Notes under the pieces: model-generated
What the model was told of the DNA's origin: nothing
Database searches by the model: none
Seen by the model: the letters and a program-made list of their open reading frames with translations, nothing else
Program-made: the position numbers and the translations under genes
Shown here: piece after piece, positions 16,882-26,784 of the stretch
How positions within the stretch are numbered: position 1 is the stretch's first letter
Layout of the letters: each line of letters begins with the position of its first letter
Virus record (IMG/VR): IMGVR_UViG_2713896795_000003
Coordinates: 1 to 37,123 of that record
DNA from: a virus
Taxonomy: Duplodnaviria; Heunggongvirae; Uroviricota; Caudoviricetes
Length of the DNA stretch: 37,123 nt
Strand: one strand, 5' to 3'

Positions 16882-19080
16882 ATGGCAGAAAAAAAGATGA
16901 CTGACTGGCATCGCAAGGTGCTGTGCAACTTTGATAATGCCTGGTCAGCAACGCAGGATATGCGTGAGCAGATTATTGAGGCTCAACGTTTCGTCCGGGT
17001 ATCCGGCGCACAGTGGGAAGGCAGCACAAACGCTGGTTACTCATTTGATGAAGGCAGGTTTGAGCATTACCCGCGCTTTGAACTGAATAAGATTGCCCGT
17101 GAATGTGATCGCATCATTGGCGAGTATCGACAGAATCGCATAAGCGTTAAATTCAGGCCGAAGGACGATAAGGCATCGGAAGCGTTAGCCGAAAAGATGA
17201 ACGGCAAATTCCGCGCTGACTATCAGGAAACATCCGGTGGCGAAGCGTGTGATAACGCATTTGATGATGCTGTAACGGGCGGATTCGGTTGTTTCCGCAT
17301 GTGTGCCGATTACGAAGATGAAATGGATCCGAGTAACGAGCAGCGACGCATCAGTCTTCTTCCTGTTTACGACCCAGCGACATGCGTCTTCTTCGATCAG
17401 GACAGCAAGCAATATGACCGCTCTGATGCTATGTGGGCTATGGAAATGTTCTCCATGACGCCTAAAGCGTTCGAGGCTGAATACCCTGATTCCATCGCTG
17501 CAAGTCTTTCTCGTGATGACACTGGCACTCAATATGACTGGTCAACTCCTGATGCTATCTATGTTGGTCGCTACTATGAAGTCCGCATAGAGAAGGTGAA
17601 GCTCACGGCATGGCGTAACCCTGTTAGCGGAGAAACGGCAATCTATGATGAAGAGCAAATCAAAGATATTGTTGACGAGCTAACCGATGGTGCATTCGAG
17701 CTGATCGGTGAGAGGACAGTGAAGAAACGCAGAGTTTATTGCGGTCTTCTGTCTGGCGCTGAATGGCTGGAAGAACCGAAGCGTATTCCGGGTGAACATA
17801 TTCCTCTCATCCCGGTATATGGGCGTCGCTCATTTGTTGATAATCAGGAGCGAATCGAAGGCCACGCAGCAAAAGCGATGGATGCGCAGCGTCTTGAGAA
17901 CCTGATGGTTTCCATGATTGCAGATAACGCTACTCAGGCTGGCGGTGATGGCATTCCTATCGTGGATGTTGATTTCATTCCCGGTCCATTAATGAATCAC
18001 TGGGCAGAGAGGAATAAGAAAAGACCTGCAGTTCTTCCCATGACCAGCAAGAAGGACAAAAACGGAACGGTCATTTCAGAGGCTCAGGTTGCTGGCTGGA
18101 CACCTCCGACACAAATGCCTCCTGCTCTTGCCGGGCTATTGCAGTACACCGGAACGGCTATTCAGCAAATTACAGGTGCGTCGCAGCTTGAGAACATGCC
18201 GAGCAACGTCGCTACCGATACCGTTGATAGCATCTTTAATCGGATGGACACGCAGTCCTATATCTACATGGACAACATGGCTAAATCCATGCGCCGTGCT
18301 GGCGTCGTGTGGCTTTCTATGGCTCGTGAAGTCTATGGCAGCGATACGCCAATGCGCATCGTTAATGAGGATGGCAGCGATGACGTGGCGCTGATGACTG
18401 GTGAAGTGGTTGACCGTCAGACAGGGCAGGTTATCGCGCTTAACGACCTTTCGCAGGGTAACTATGAAGTGACTGTCGATGTCGGTCAGTCGTTCGCTAC
18501 TCGCCGTGATGCAACGGTTAAGTCGTTACTTTCCATGCTGGCACTTATCCCACCAGGAACGCCGAAGCACGACCTTGTATCGTCGATGATTCTCGAAAAT
18601 ATGGACGGCGAAGGGATGGACGACCTTAAAGAATACAACCGCAATCAGTTGCTTCTGTCTGGCGTTATCAAGCCGAGAACGCCTGAAGAACAGCAGATGG
18701 TTGAGCAGGCGAAACAACAACAGGCCAGTCAGCCGGATCCGGCTATGGTTGCAGCGCAAGGTCAGCTTCTGGCTGGTCAGGCTGAATTGCAGAAAGCGCA
18801 GAACGAACAGGCAGCCATTCAGGTTAAAGCATTCCAGGCACAGACTGATGCTCAGGTTGCTGCGGCAAATGTTGTGAAAATCCTCGCATCTGCCGATAGT
18901 CAGCAGAAATCTGATATCCGCGAGGCTCTGAAACTTCTCGGACAGTTCCAGCAACAGCAAGGAGACAATGCCCGTGCTGATGCAGAGCTTGTCCTGAAGA
19001 GTCAGGCGCAGGGCCATGCGCAGCGCATGGACATCAACAGCATCCTGCAAAAATCAACTCAGCAACAACCACAGCAGTAA
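16882..19080 (+). CDS. Portal protein (P22 gp1-like)
   Basis: 732 aa; C-terminal QDPAMVAAQGQLLAGQAELQKAQNEQ... and ARADAELVLKSQAQGHAQRMDINSILQ resemble the P22 portal barrel region. Confidence 0.9.
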   Translation: MAEKKMTDWHRKVLCNFDNAWSATQDMREQIIEAQRFVRVSGAQWEGSTNAGYSFDEGRFEHYPRFELNKIARECDRIIGEYRQNRISVKFRPKDDKASEALAEKMNGKFRADYQETSGGEACDNAFDDAVTGGFGCFRMCADYEDEMDPSNEQRRISLLPVYDPATCVFFDQDSKQYDRSDAMWAMEMFSMTPKAFEAEYPDSIAASLSRDDTGTQYDWSTPDAIYVGRYYEVRIEKVKLTAWRNPVSGETAIYDEEQIKDIVDELTDGAFELIGERTVKKRRVYCGLLSGAEWLEEPKRIPGEHIPLIPVYGRRSFVDNQERIEGHAAKAMDAQRLENLMVSMIADNATQAGGDGIPIVDVDFIPGPLMNHWAERNKKRPAVLPMTSKKDKNGTVISEAQVAGWTPPTQMPPALAGLLQYTGTAIQQITGASQLENMPSNVATDTVDSIFNRMDTQSYIYMDNMAKSMRRAGVVWLSMAREVYGSDTPMRIVNEDGSDDVALMTGEVVDRQTGQVIALNDLSQGNYEVTVDVGQSFATRRDATVKSLLSMLALIPPGTPKHDLVSSMILENMDGEGMDDLKEYNRNQLLLSGVIKPRTPEEQQMVEQAKQQQASQPDPAMVAAQGQLLAGQAELQKAQNEQAAIQVKAFQAQTDAQVAAANVVKILASADSQQKSDIREALKLLGQFQQQQGDNARADAELVLKSQAQGHAQRMDINSILQKSTQQQPQQ

Positions 19081-19170
19081 TTAACCCATAACGTGCAATG
19101 GCTGTCTTTATGAGGCCTGGCACCCTATTGCCTTCCGATGGGCTGAACATCGAGTAAACAGGGGTAACAA

Positions 19171-20064
19171 ATGGACCAGATGGCAGAAAACACACCAGAA
19201 GTTGAAATCGAAACCGACGCGTCAGAGCAGATTCCTGATGATGTCGAACTGGCTGAAGAAGTCGAAACAGAAGATGGCAGTGAGTCCTCAGGCAATGATG
19301 CAGAGGAGGCTACTGAAACTGATGACGACGAATCAGAACAGGAATTCTACTTTGGTGACGAAAAGCTGGATTCGCCAACCAGCGAAGATGGCGCTGAGCA
19401 TGGACTGGTAAAACACCTGCGCAAGACGATTAAAGAGAAAGACCGCGAGCTGAAAGAGCTGATGCGTCAGTCTCAGAAACCCGTCGAGCAGCAGCCGGCA
19501 ATCACTCAACCACCGCGAATGCCAAAACTGGATGATGAGGACATCGGTTTCGATGAAGAAATCTACCAGCAACGCATGGCTAAGTGGGCAGAGGATAACG
19601 GTAAGTACCAGCAACAGGAGATGGCTCGCAAGCAGAAGGAGCAGGAGCTTCAGGCTGCCTATCAAGAGCGATTATCCAAATATCAGCAACGTGTTAAGGC
19701 TCTCAAAGTTCCTGGCTATCAGGAAGCTGAGCAGGCCGTACTCGAGGAAATCCCCATCGAGACACAAAACGCGATCCTGTTTGAGTCAGAGAAGCCGGAA
19801 ATCGTTGTTCTGGCACTCGGTCGCAACGCTGAACTGCGCAAGCAACTGGCAGAAGCTACCAACCCCGTAGCAATTGGTCGTCTGCTGGAACGTATCGAAT
19901 CGAAGGCCAGAATCATGCCAAAAGCAAAAACCACGGCAGCCACAACCCCGACAGTTAAGGGGAGCAACGGCGCAGTAATCAATAACCTCGACAAACTGAA
20001 AGCCAAGGCGCTGGAAACTGGTGACTGGACGCCGTATTTCGCCGCTAAAAAGGCAAAAAAATAA
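19171..20064 (+). CDS. Scaffolding protein
   Basis: Acidic N-terminus, coiled-coil middle, basic C-terminal helix-turn-helix-like tail; lies between portal and coat. Confidence 0.7.
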   Translation: MDQMAENTPEVEIETDASEQIPDDVELAEEVETEDGSESSGNDAEEATETDDDESEQEFYFGDEKLDSPTSEDGAEHGLVKHLRKTIKEKDRELKELMRQSQKPVEQQPAITQPPRMPKLDDEDIGFDEEIYQQRMAKWAEDNGKYQQQEMARKQKEQELQAAYQERLSKYQQRVKALKVPGYQEAEQAVLEEIPIETQNAILFESEKPEIVVLALGRNAELRKQLAEATNPVAIGRLLERIESKARIMPKAKTTAATTPTVKGSNGAVINNLDKLKAKALETGDWTPYFAAKKAKK

Positions 20065-20082
20065 CCTATCGGAGCATTAAGC

Positions 20083-21336
20083 ATGGCTAACCAATTAGCA
20101 AAAGACCTTGAAATCATGTTCGAAAACTACGTTGAAGGCTTTGAGGCCGCCTGCGTAGTTTCCCGTAACGCTAAAAAATTCCGTCCCGGTGATACAGCAA
20201 TGCAGCGAGCAGGTGATGTTCTGTATCGTCCGCAGCATTACCACATGAACATTGAGGAAGGCCTCGATCTCAGCAGCAAAACGCCAACAGCACTGGTTCA
20301 GCGCCTTGTTCCTTCAGTGTTCAAGGAGCCGAAAAACATTCTGTACACTCTGGATGCGCGTGAAATGCGTGACCCTGAGCATAAAACTGAAGCTGGTCGC
20401 GCCGCAGGTATGCGCCTTGCTGCACAGATTGACTCGGACCTGATTTCCATGGTCACGCAGCGTGCTACTAACGTGATCACAATGGCTGACTCAACCACAG
20501 GTACACAGGGCCGTGATTTGTGGAACTGTGCGGCAGGTATTGATGCCACCATGACGGCGATTGGTGTACCTCAGGGTATAAACCGTCGCTCTTTCTGGAA
20601 CCCCTTCAACTACAAAGACCTTGCTGGCGAGCTTGGTCACCGTGCCTATGCTCAGGGCGCAACCCTGACAGCATACGAAAAAGCGCAGATCCCTCCGGTT
20701 GCGTCCTTCGATAGCTACAAGACCGATATTTCTGGTCGTGTTCCGAAAGGTACAGCAACTTCCCTGACGCTGGCGGCTGAACCTGCGCACAAGGTTGAAG
20801 CGAAAGATGCCAACGATATGCCAGTGGATAACCGACAGGGGACCATTACGGTATCTGCATCTGGTTTGCAGGTTGGCGATGCGTTCACCATTGCTGGCGT
20901 GAATTCTGTACACCAGATCACCAAAGACACCACCGGGCAGCCGCAGGTATTCCGCGTTCTGGCAGTAAGCGGAACGACAGTAACTATCTCCCCGAAAATT
21001 CTGCCGCCTGACAACGCAGATGTTGCCAGCCGTCCATATGCAAACGTTGATGCTAACGCGGCAAATGGTGCAGCAATTACCATTCTCAACAAAAATGCAG
21101 CACCGGCTAACCTGTTCTGGGCTGATGGTTCTGTTGAACTGATGTACGGAAAACTGGCGTTCCCGACTGGTCAGGGTCCACAGGTAATGACAGCAACCAC
21201 CGAGCAGGGCGCTACGCTGATCATGTCTTACGCCTTCGACCACATCAAAGGCGTAACCACTGCTCGTTTCACCACTCTGTACGGTTGCTCTGTACTTGTT
21301 CCTGAATATACGGGCATCGTTATTGCCGGGCAGTAA
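20083..21336 (+). CDS. Major coat protein (P22 gp5-like)
   Basis: 417 aa; synteny; followed by a strong terminator. Confidence 0.85.
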   Translation: MANQLAKDLEIMFENYVEGFEAACVVSRNAKKFRPGDTAMQRAGDVLYRPQHYHMNIEEGLDLSSKTPTALVQRLVPSVFKEPKNILYTLDAREMRDPEHKTEAGRAAGMRLAAQIDSDLISMVTQRATNVITMADSTTGTQGRDLWNCAAGIDATMTAIGVPQGINRRSFWNPFNYKDLAGELGHRAYAQGATLTAYEKAQIPPVASFDSYKTDISGRVPKGTATSLTLAAEPAHKVEAKDANDMPVDNRQGTITVSASGLQVGDAFTIAGVNSVHQITKDTTGQPQVFRVLAVSGTTVTISPKILPPDNADVASRPYANVDANAANGAAITILNKNAAPANLFWADGSVELMYGKLAFPTGQGPQVMTATTEQGATLIMSYAFDHIKGVTTARFTTLYGCSVLVPEYTGIVIAGQ

Positions 21337-21341
21337 TTTTG

Positions 21342-21366
21342 GTGGGGCTTCGGCCCCATTTTTATT
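21342..21366 (+). terminator. Intrinsic terminator after coat gene
   Basis: GGGGCttcgGCCCC followed by ATTTTTATT. Confidence 0.75.
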
Positions 21367-21377
21367 GGGAGAAGACA

Positions 21378-21566
21378 ATGGCACGAACAATGCTCTATAA
21401 GCCTGGAAACATGATCACCTGTGGTCAGTTTGCTGTCGATTACATCATTGTTGATGACGAAGAAGTTAAATCTCACCTGAAAAAAGGCTGGGTAAAAACC
21501 CCTGAAGAAACCGCAACGAAGCAAAAAGTGGCTAAGGCGGAAGAAGATGGCGAAAACGAAGGGTGA
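21378..21566 (+). CDS. Hypothetical small protein (62 aa)
   Basis: ATG at 21378 with GGGAGAAG SD just after the terminator; the ORF-track frame starting at 21339 begins inside the hairpin. Confidence 0.5.
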   Translation: MARTMLYKPGNMITCGQFAVDYIIVDDEEVKSHLKKGWVKTPEETATKQKVAKAEEDGENEG

Positions 21567-22008
21567 TCTCGTTCTTAAGGCTTTACGAAAAGCCGGGCTG
21601 TATTCCAATGCCACGTTGACAGATGCCGACCCTCAGGCAATAGAAGATGCCATTAATGACCTCGAAGACATGATGGCAGCATGGCAGGCGAAAGGTATCG
21701 AGCTTGGATATCAGTTTGCTGATACAGAAAACGGCATCATGCCGTTACCTGACGATGATTCAGGTATCCCTGCATGGGCAAATGATGGCGTCGCTTTGAA
21801 ACTCGCTGTGCAAGTGTGCATGGATAACGTCATTCAGCCGTCAGACGCTCTCCTTACCGCTGCTGACAGTGCATATCAGACAATCTGTATCGCTTTAACC
21901 AAAATACCACCACTTGAGCGACGAAATGACATGCCTCGCGGTAGTGGTAACAAAAGCGCGTTTACGTGGAATCGGTTTTACATCGAGAAAGATGATCCGA
22001 GTACGTGA
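21547..22008 (+). CDS. Head-completion / tail accessory protein (P22 gp4-like)
   Basis: 153 aa; synteny between coat and gp10. Confidence 0.65.
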   Translation: MAKTKGDLVLKALRKAGLYSNATLTDADPQAIEDAINDLEDMMAAWQAKGIELGYQFADTENGIMPLPDDDSGIPAWANDGVALKLAVQVCMDNVIQPSDALLTAADSAYQTICIALTKIPPLERRNDMPRGSGNKSAFTWNRFYIEKDDPST

Positions 22009-22017
22009 GGTGAATAA

Positions 22018-23436
22018 ATGCCGATTCAGCAACTTCCGCTTATGAAAGGTGTCGGCAAAGACTTTCGAAACGCCGACTATATCGACTATCTGCCAGTAAA
22101 TATGTTGGCTACACCCAAAGAAATCCTTAACAGCAGCGGATATCTTCGCTCATTCCCGGGCATTGCAAAACGTTCTGATGTGAACGGTGTATCTCGAGGC
22201 GTCGAGTACAACATGGCGCAGAATGCTGTTTATCGCGTGTGTGGTGGCAAGCTGTACAAAGGAGAAAGTGAAGTCGGTGATGTTGCCGGAAGTGGTCGCG
22301 TATCAATGGCGCATGGTCGGACATCACAGGCGGTAGGCGTTAATGGTCAACTTTTCGAGTATCGCTATGATGGCACGGTTAAAACCGTCTCAAACTGGCC
22401 TGCAGACAGCGGATTTACGCAGTATGAATTAGGTTCGGTTCGTGACATTACTCGCTTACGTGGGCGTTATGCGTGGTCAAAAGACGGTACTGATTCATGG
22501 TTTATCACTGATCTTGAAGACGAATCGCATCCTGACCGCTACAGCGCACAATATCGGGCAGAATCACAGCCTGACGGCATCATCGGCATCGGAACATGGC
22601 GAGACTTCATCGTCTGCTTTGGCTCATCGACGATTGAATATTTCTCCCTGACTGGTGCAACCACAGTTGGTGCTGCTTTGTATGTCGCACAGCCATCGCT
22701 GATGGTGCAGAAAGGCATTGCCGGGACTTACTGCAAAACGCCGTTTGCTGATTCGTATGCGTTCATCAGCAATCCGGCAACAGGTGCGCCGTCTGTGTAC
22801 ATCATCGGTTCCGGTCAGGTGTCACCAATCGCCAGCGCGAGCATTGAGAAAATCCTCCGCTCCTACACTGCTGATGAACTGGCTGATGGTGTGATGGAAT
22901 CGCTGCGATTTGATGCTCATGAGTTGCTGATTATCCACCTTCCGCGCCATGTTCTCGTGTACGACGCATCTTCAAGCGCCAATGGTCCGCAATGGTGTGT
23001 GTTGAAAACTGGCTTGTATGACGATGTGTACCGCGCTATCGACTTCATTTACGAAGGCAATCAGATAACGTGCGGCGATAAGCTGGAATCGGTGACCGGG
23101 AAATTGCAGTTCGATATCAGCAGTCAGTATGGTCTTCAACAGGAACACTTGCTGTTTACTCCACTGTTCAAAGCGGATAACGCCAGATGCTTCGACCTTG
23201 AGGTTGAATCGTCAACTGGCGTTGCGCAGTACGCTGACCGCCTTTTTCTCTCTGCAACCACTGACGGCATCAATTACGGGCGTGAGCAGATGATTGAGCA
23301 GAATGAACCGTTCGTTTACGACAAACGCGTTTTGTGGAAGCGGGTCGGACGCATCAGGAAAAATGTCGGCTTCAAATTGCGCGTTATCACGAAGTCACCT
23401 GTCACTCTGTCTGGCTGCCAGATAAGGATTGAGTAA
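22018..23436 (+). CDS. Head-completion protein (P22 gp10-like)
   Basis: 472 aa, same length as P22 gp10; synteny. Confidence 0.75.
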   Translation: MPIQQLPLMKGVGKDFRNADYIDYLPVNMLATPKEILNSSGYLRSFPGIAKRSDVNGVSRGVEYNMAQNAVYRVCGGKLYKGESEVGDVAGSGRVSMAHGRTSQAVGVNGQLFEYRYDGTVKTVSNWPADSGFTQYELGSVRDITRLRGRYAWSKDGTDSWFITDLEDESHPDRYSAQYRAESQPDGIIGIGTWRDFIVCFGSSTIEYFSLTGATTVGAALYVAQPSLMVQKGIAGTYCKTPFADSYAFISNPATGAPSVYIIGSGQVSPIASASIEKILRSYTADELADGVMESLRFDAHELLIIHLPRHVLVYDASSSANGPQWCVLKTGLYDDVYRAIDFIYEGNQITCGDKLESVTGKLQFDISSQYGLQQEHLLFTPLFKADNARCFDLEVESSTGVAQYADRLFLSATTDGINYGREQMIEQNEPFVYDKRVLWKRVGRIRKNVGFKLRVITKSPVTLSGCQIRIE

Positions 23437-24284
23437 TGGCGGATTCGAATCTCAATGTGCCGGTAATCATCCAAGCTACGCGGCTCGATACATCAATCCT
23501 TCCACGCAATATCTTCTCGCAGTCATATCTGCTGTACGTTATCGCACAGGGTGCTGATGTTGGTAACGTGGCGAATAAGGCCAACGAGGCCGGACAGGGC
23601 GCTTATGATGCACAGGTCAGGAACGATGAGCAGGATGTGATACTGGTCAATCACGAAATTCGACTGGCATCGGCCGAAGCGAAGATTCAGGACCACGAAA
23701 CAAGGATCACTAACGCAGAAGCGGCGATAGTCGGCCTTGATTCACGATTAACGACAGCAGAAAACGATATTGATTATCTGACGGATGAAGTTGTCGCCAT
23801 TCAAAACACGCTTTCAGGCCATGAAACGCGCATCGATGCTCTGGAGTATGCCACTACTCGCAAGAAGTCAGAGGTTGTTTACTCTGGCGTATCAGTAACC
23901 ATCCCGACAGCGCCGACCAACCTTGTTAGCCTGCTGAAAACGCTCACGCCGTCATCCGGCACGTTGGCACCATTCTTCGACACCGTTAACAACAAGATGG
24001 TTGTGTTCAACGAGAACAAAACCCTGTTCTTCAAGCTGTCGATTGTCGGGACGTGGCCCAGCGGAACCACCAACAGATCAATGCAGCTAACCTTTTCCGG
24101 CTCTGTTCCTGATACACTGGTAAGCAGTCGTAACTCGGCGACAACAACCGATAACATCCTGTTAGCTACGTTCTTCAGCGTGGATAAAGACGGTTTTCTT
24201 GCCACAAATGGCAGCACGTTAACCATTCAGTCAAATGGTTCGGCGTTTACTGCCACAACTATCAAGATAATCGCGGAGCAGTGA
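23436..24284 (+). CDS. Tail needle (P22 gp26-like) with C-terminal knob
   Basis: N-terminal [43 protein letters not shown]... like P22 gp26; coiled-coil repeats; ~90-aa extra C-terminal domain. Confidence 0.8.
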   Translation: MADSNLNVPVIIQATRLDTSILPRNIFSQSYLLYVIAQGADVGNVANKANEAGQGAYDAQVRNDEQDVILVNHEIRLASAEAKIQDHETRITNAEAAIVGLDSRLTTAENDIDYLTDEVVAIQNTLSGHETRIDALEYATTRKKSEVVYSGVSVTIPTAPTNLVSLLKTLTPSSGTLAPFFDTVNNKMVVFNENKTLFFKLSIVGTWPSGTTNRSMQLTFSGSVPDTLVSSRNSATTTDNILLATFFSVDKDGFLATNGSTLTIQSNGSAFTATTIKIIAEQ

Positions 24285-24739
24285 TGATTCAGTTCAAACC
24301 AACGCGAAACATCGACCTGATCGAAGCTGTAGGAAATCACCCTGACATTATCGCCGGAAGCAATAACGGTGATGGATACGACTACAAACCTGATTGCCGT
24401 TACTTTGAGGTGAACGTGCACGGGCAGTTCGGCGGCATTGTTTACTATCAGGAGATTCAGCCGCTGACATTCGATTGCCACGCCATGTACCTGCCAGAGA
24501 TTCGCGGCTTCAGCAAGGAAATCGGGATGGCGTTCTGGCGATACATTCTGACTAACACCACCGTTCAGTGCGTCACATCGTTCGCCGCACGCAAATTCCG
24601 CCACGGTCAGATGTACTGCGCAATGATTGGACTTAAGCGTGTAGGAACCATCAAGAAATACTTCAAAGGCGTGGATGACGTGACATTTTACAGTGCTACA
24701 CGCGAAGAACTAATCGAATTCCTGAATCACGGGAGATAG
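24284..24739 (+). CDS. Assembly protein (P22 gp14-like)
   Basis: Synteny; ATG at 24284 overlaps tail-needle stop (TGATG); GGAG SD. Confidence 0.55.
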   Translation: MIQFKPTRNIDLIEAVGNHPDIIAGSNNGDGYDYKPDCRYFEVNVHGQFGGIVYYQEIQPLTFDCHAMYLPEIRGFSKEIGMAFWRYILTNTTVQCVTSFAARKFRHGQMYCAMIGLKRVGTIKKYFKGVDDVTFYSATREELIEFLNHGR

Positions 24740-24741
24740 CC

Positions 24742-25434
24742 ATGTTATATGCATTTAAGCTGGGCAGAAAACTGCGCGGCGAGGAACCTTATTGCCCTGA
24801 AAAAGGCGGGAAAGGTGGCAGCTCTGATAAAAGCGCAAAGTATGCAGCAGAAGCTCAGAAGTATGCCGCAGACCTGCAAAATCAGCAGTGGCAGACGATC
24901 ATGAAAAACCTTGCTCCGTTCACGCCTCTTGCGGAGCAGTATGTTAACCAGCTTCAGAACCTTTCCAGTTTAGAAGGTCAGGGGCAGGCACTTAATCAGT
25001 ATTACAACTCTCAGCAGTATAAAGACCTTGCAGGTCAGGCTCGTTACCAGAGTCTTGCTGCTGCGGAGGCGACGGGTGGACTTGGTTCGACAGCCACAAG
25101 CAATCAACTGGCTACGATCGCGCCGACTCTCGGTCAGTCTTGGCTATCAAACCAGATGAGCAATTACAACAATCTGGCAAACGTTGGTCTTGGTGCTCTG
25201 CAAGGTCAGGCAAACGCCGGGCAGACGTACGCCAACAACATGAGCAGCATTGCACAGCAAAGCGCAGCTCTTGCCGCTGCTAATGCCAATAAACCATCAA
25301 GTCTTCAGACTGCAATTAGCGGTGGCACGTCTGGTGCGATTGCCGGTGCAGGTCTTGCCAGCCTTTTGGGAACTTCAACGCCTTGGGGCGCTGGCATTGG
25401 TGCTGGTATCGGATTGCTTGGCTCGTTGTTTTAA
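24742..25434 (+). CDS. Ejection protein (P22 gp7-like)
   Basis: 230 aa; Gln/Ala-rich with Gly-rich hydrophobic C-terminus; synteny. Confidence 0.7.
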   Translation: MLYAFKLGRKLRGEEPYCPEKGGKGGSSDKSAKYAAEAQKYAADLQNQQWQTIMKNLAPFTPLAEQYVNQLQNLSSLEGQGQALNQYYNSQQYKDLAGQARYQSLAAAEATGGLGSTATSNQLATIAPTLGQSWLSNQMSNYNNLANVGLGALQGQANAGQTYANNMSSIAQQSAALAAANANKPSSLQTAISGGTSGAIAGAGLASLLGTSTPWGAGIGAGIGLLGSLF

Positions 25435-25443
25435 GGGGTAATA

Positions 25444-26784
25444 ATGGCTACTTGGCAAGGATCAAATGGCGGATTGTTGGCTGGTATCGGCGGCGTCAAC
25501 TCAAACGCTCCGAGCGTAAATGACATCGGCAATACGCTTCAGCTTATCAGGCAGAACAATGATATTGAGCGTTCAGGCGCTAACAATGTTGGGCTGACTG
25601 CTTTGCAAGGCCTTTCAGGTATTGCAGGGGTGTTTCAGCAGGAAAAGCAGGCTCAGCGGCAGAAAGAATTTCAGCAGGCGTACGCTAATGCTTATGCGTC
25701 TGGTGATCGCGGTGCTTTGCGTCAGTTGGCTACTCAATATCCAGACCAGATTGAATCCGTTCGTAAAGGCATGGGATTCATTGATGAAGACCAGCGCAAT
25801 TCTATCGGCACCTTAGCGGCTGGCGCTCGTCTTGCGGCATCGTCTCCAGAAGCAATGCAATCATGGCTGCAAAACAACGCCAAGGAACTGACTCGCGTCG
25901 GTGTTGACCCTAATAACGTTGCTCAGATGTATCAGCAGAATCCTTCAGGATTTGGTGAGTTTGTTGATCACCTTGGGATGGCTGCGCTTGGTCCGATTGA
26001 TTACTTCAATGTTCAGGACAAGATGGCTGGTCGCCAACTTGAGAAAGGGCGATTGGATGAAAGCATCCGTCAGGCTGACATGGAGAACGCGAGAGGATGG
26101 GCAAATATCCAAAACGCTCAACTAGACAGGGCTCAGCGGGCACAAATGCATAATGATAACGTAGCCCTGAAGTTGCAGGAATTAGGGATGAAACAACAGG
26201 AAAGCGGAAAGATTGACCCAAAACTTGTTCGAGATCTGAATAGTGATATTAATGGGTTCTCAAAGAATTATTCTGCAATGCGCAGTGCTTCTGACAACCT
26301 ACAAGCCCTTGGGAAGCGCAACACTCCAGCCGCGCAGTTGGGAATGATTTTCAACTATATGAAATCGCTGGATCCGCAATCTGTGGTACGCGAAGGTGAG
26401 CAAGTGCAGGTAAAACGCACTGATGGAATATTCGGCACACTTGGTAACTATGTTAGCCAATTATCTAACGGCAAGATGCTGAATAATGAGCAAGTCCAAG
26501 ACTTAATCAACACCTCAAAACTGATGGCAAATACTGAAGGCGAAAAGTTTAATCAGCAAATGGATGATTATCTTTCAACTTATGGAGATTCTCTCCCCAG
26601 CGGACTAACTAAGCAATTGCAATCCAGAAAAGCCAAGCTGTATGAAGATATTCAGCAGCCTGCGCAACAACAGACACAACAAGCAACATCTGGCGGTCAA
26701 ACATTTCGAGAAGGTATGACCGCGAAAAATCCTAAAACTGGTCAGAAAATTATTTACAGGAACGGACAATGGCAACCAATGTAG
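25444..26784 (+). CDS. Ejection protein (P22 gp20-like)
   Basis: 446 aa; synteny. Confidence 0.7.
   Translation: MATWQGSNGGLLAGIGGVNSNAPSVNDIGNTLQLIRQNNDIERSGANNVGLTALQGLSGIAGVFQQEKQAQRQKEFQQAYANAYASGDRGALRQLATQYPDQIESVRKGMGFIDEDQRNSIGTLAAGARLAASSPEAMQSWLQNNAKELTRVGVDPNNVAQMYQQNPSGFGEFVDHLGMAALGPIDYFNVQDKMAGRQLEKGRLDESIRQADMENARGWANIQNAQLDRAQRAQMHNDNVALKLQELGMKQQESGKIDPKLVRDLNSDINGFSKNYSAMRSASDNLQALGKRNTPAAQLGMIFNYMKSLDPQSVVREGEQVQVKRTDGIFGTLGNYVSQLSNGKMLNNEQVQDLINTSKLMANTEGEKFNQQMDDYLSTYGDSLPSGLTKQLQSRKAKLYEDIQQPAQQQTQQATSGGQTFREGMTAKNPKTGQKIIYRNGQWQPM

Noticed and set aside
20491-21390. 299-aa minus-strand ORF
   Set aside because: Lies entirely antisense to the well-supported coat gene; no SD or start context; likely a frame left open by codon bias
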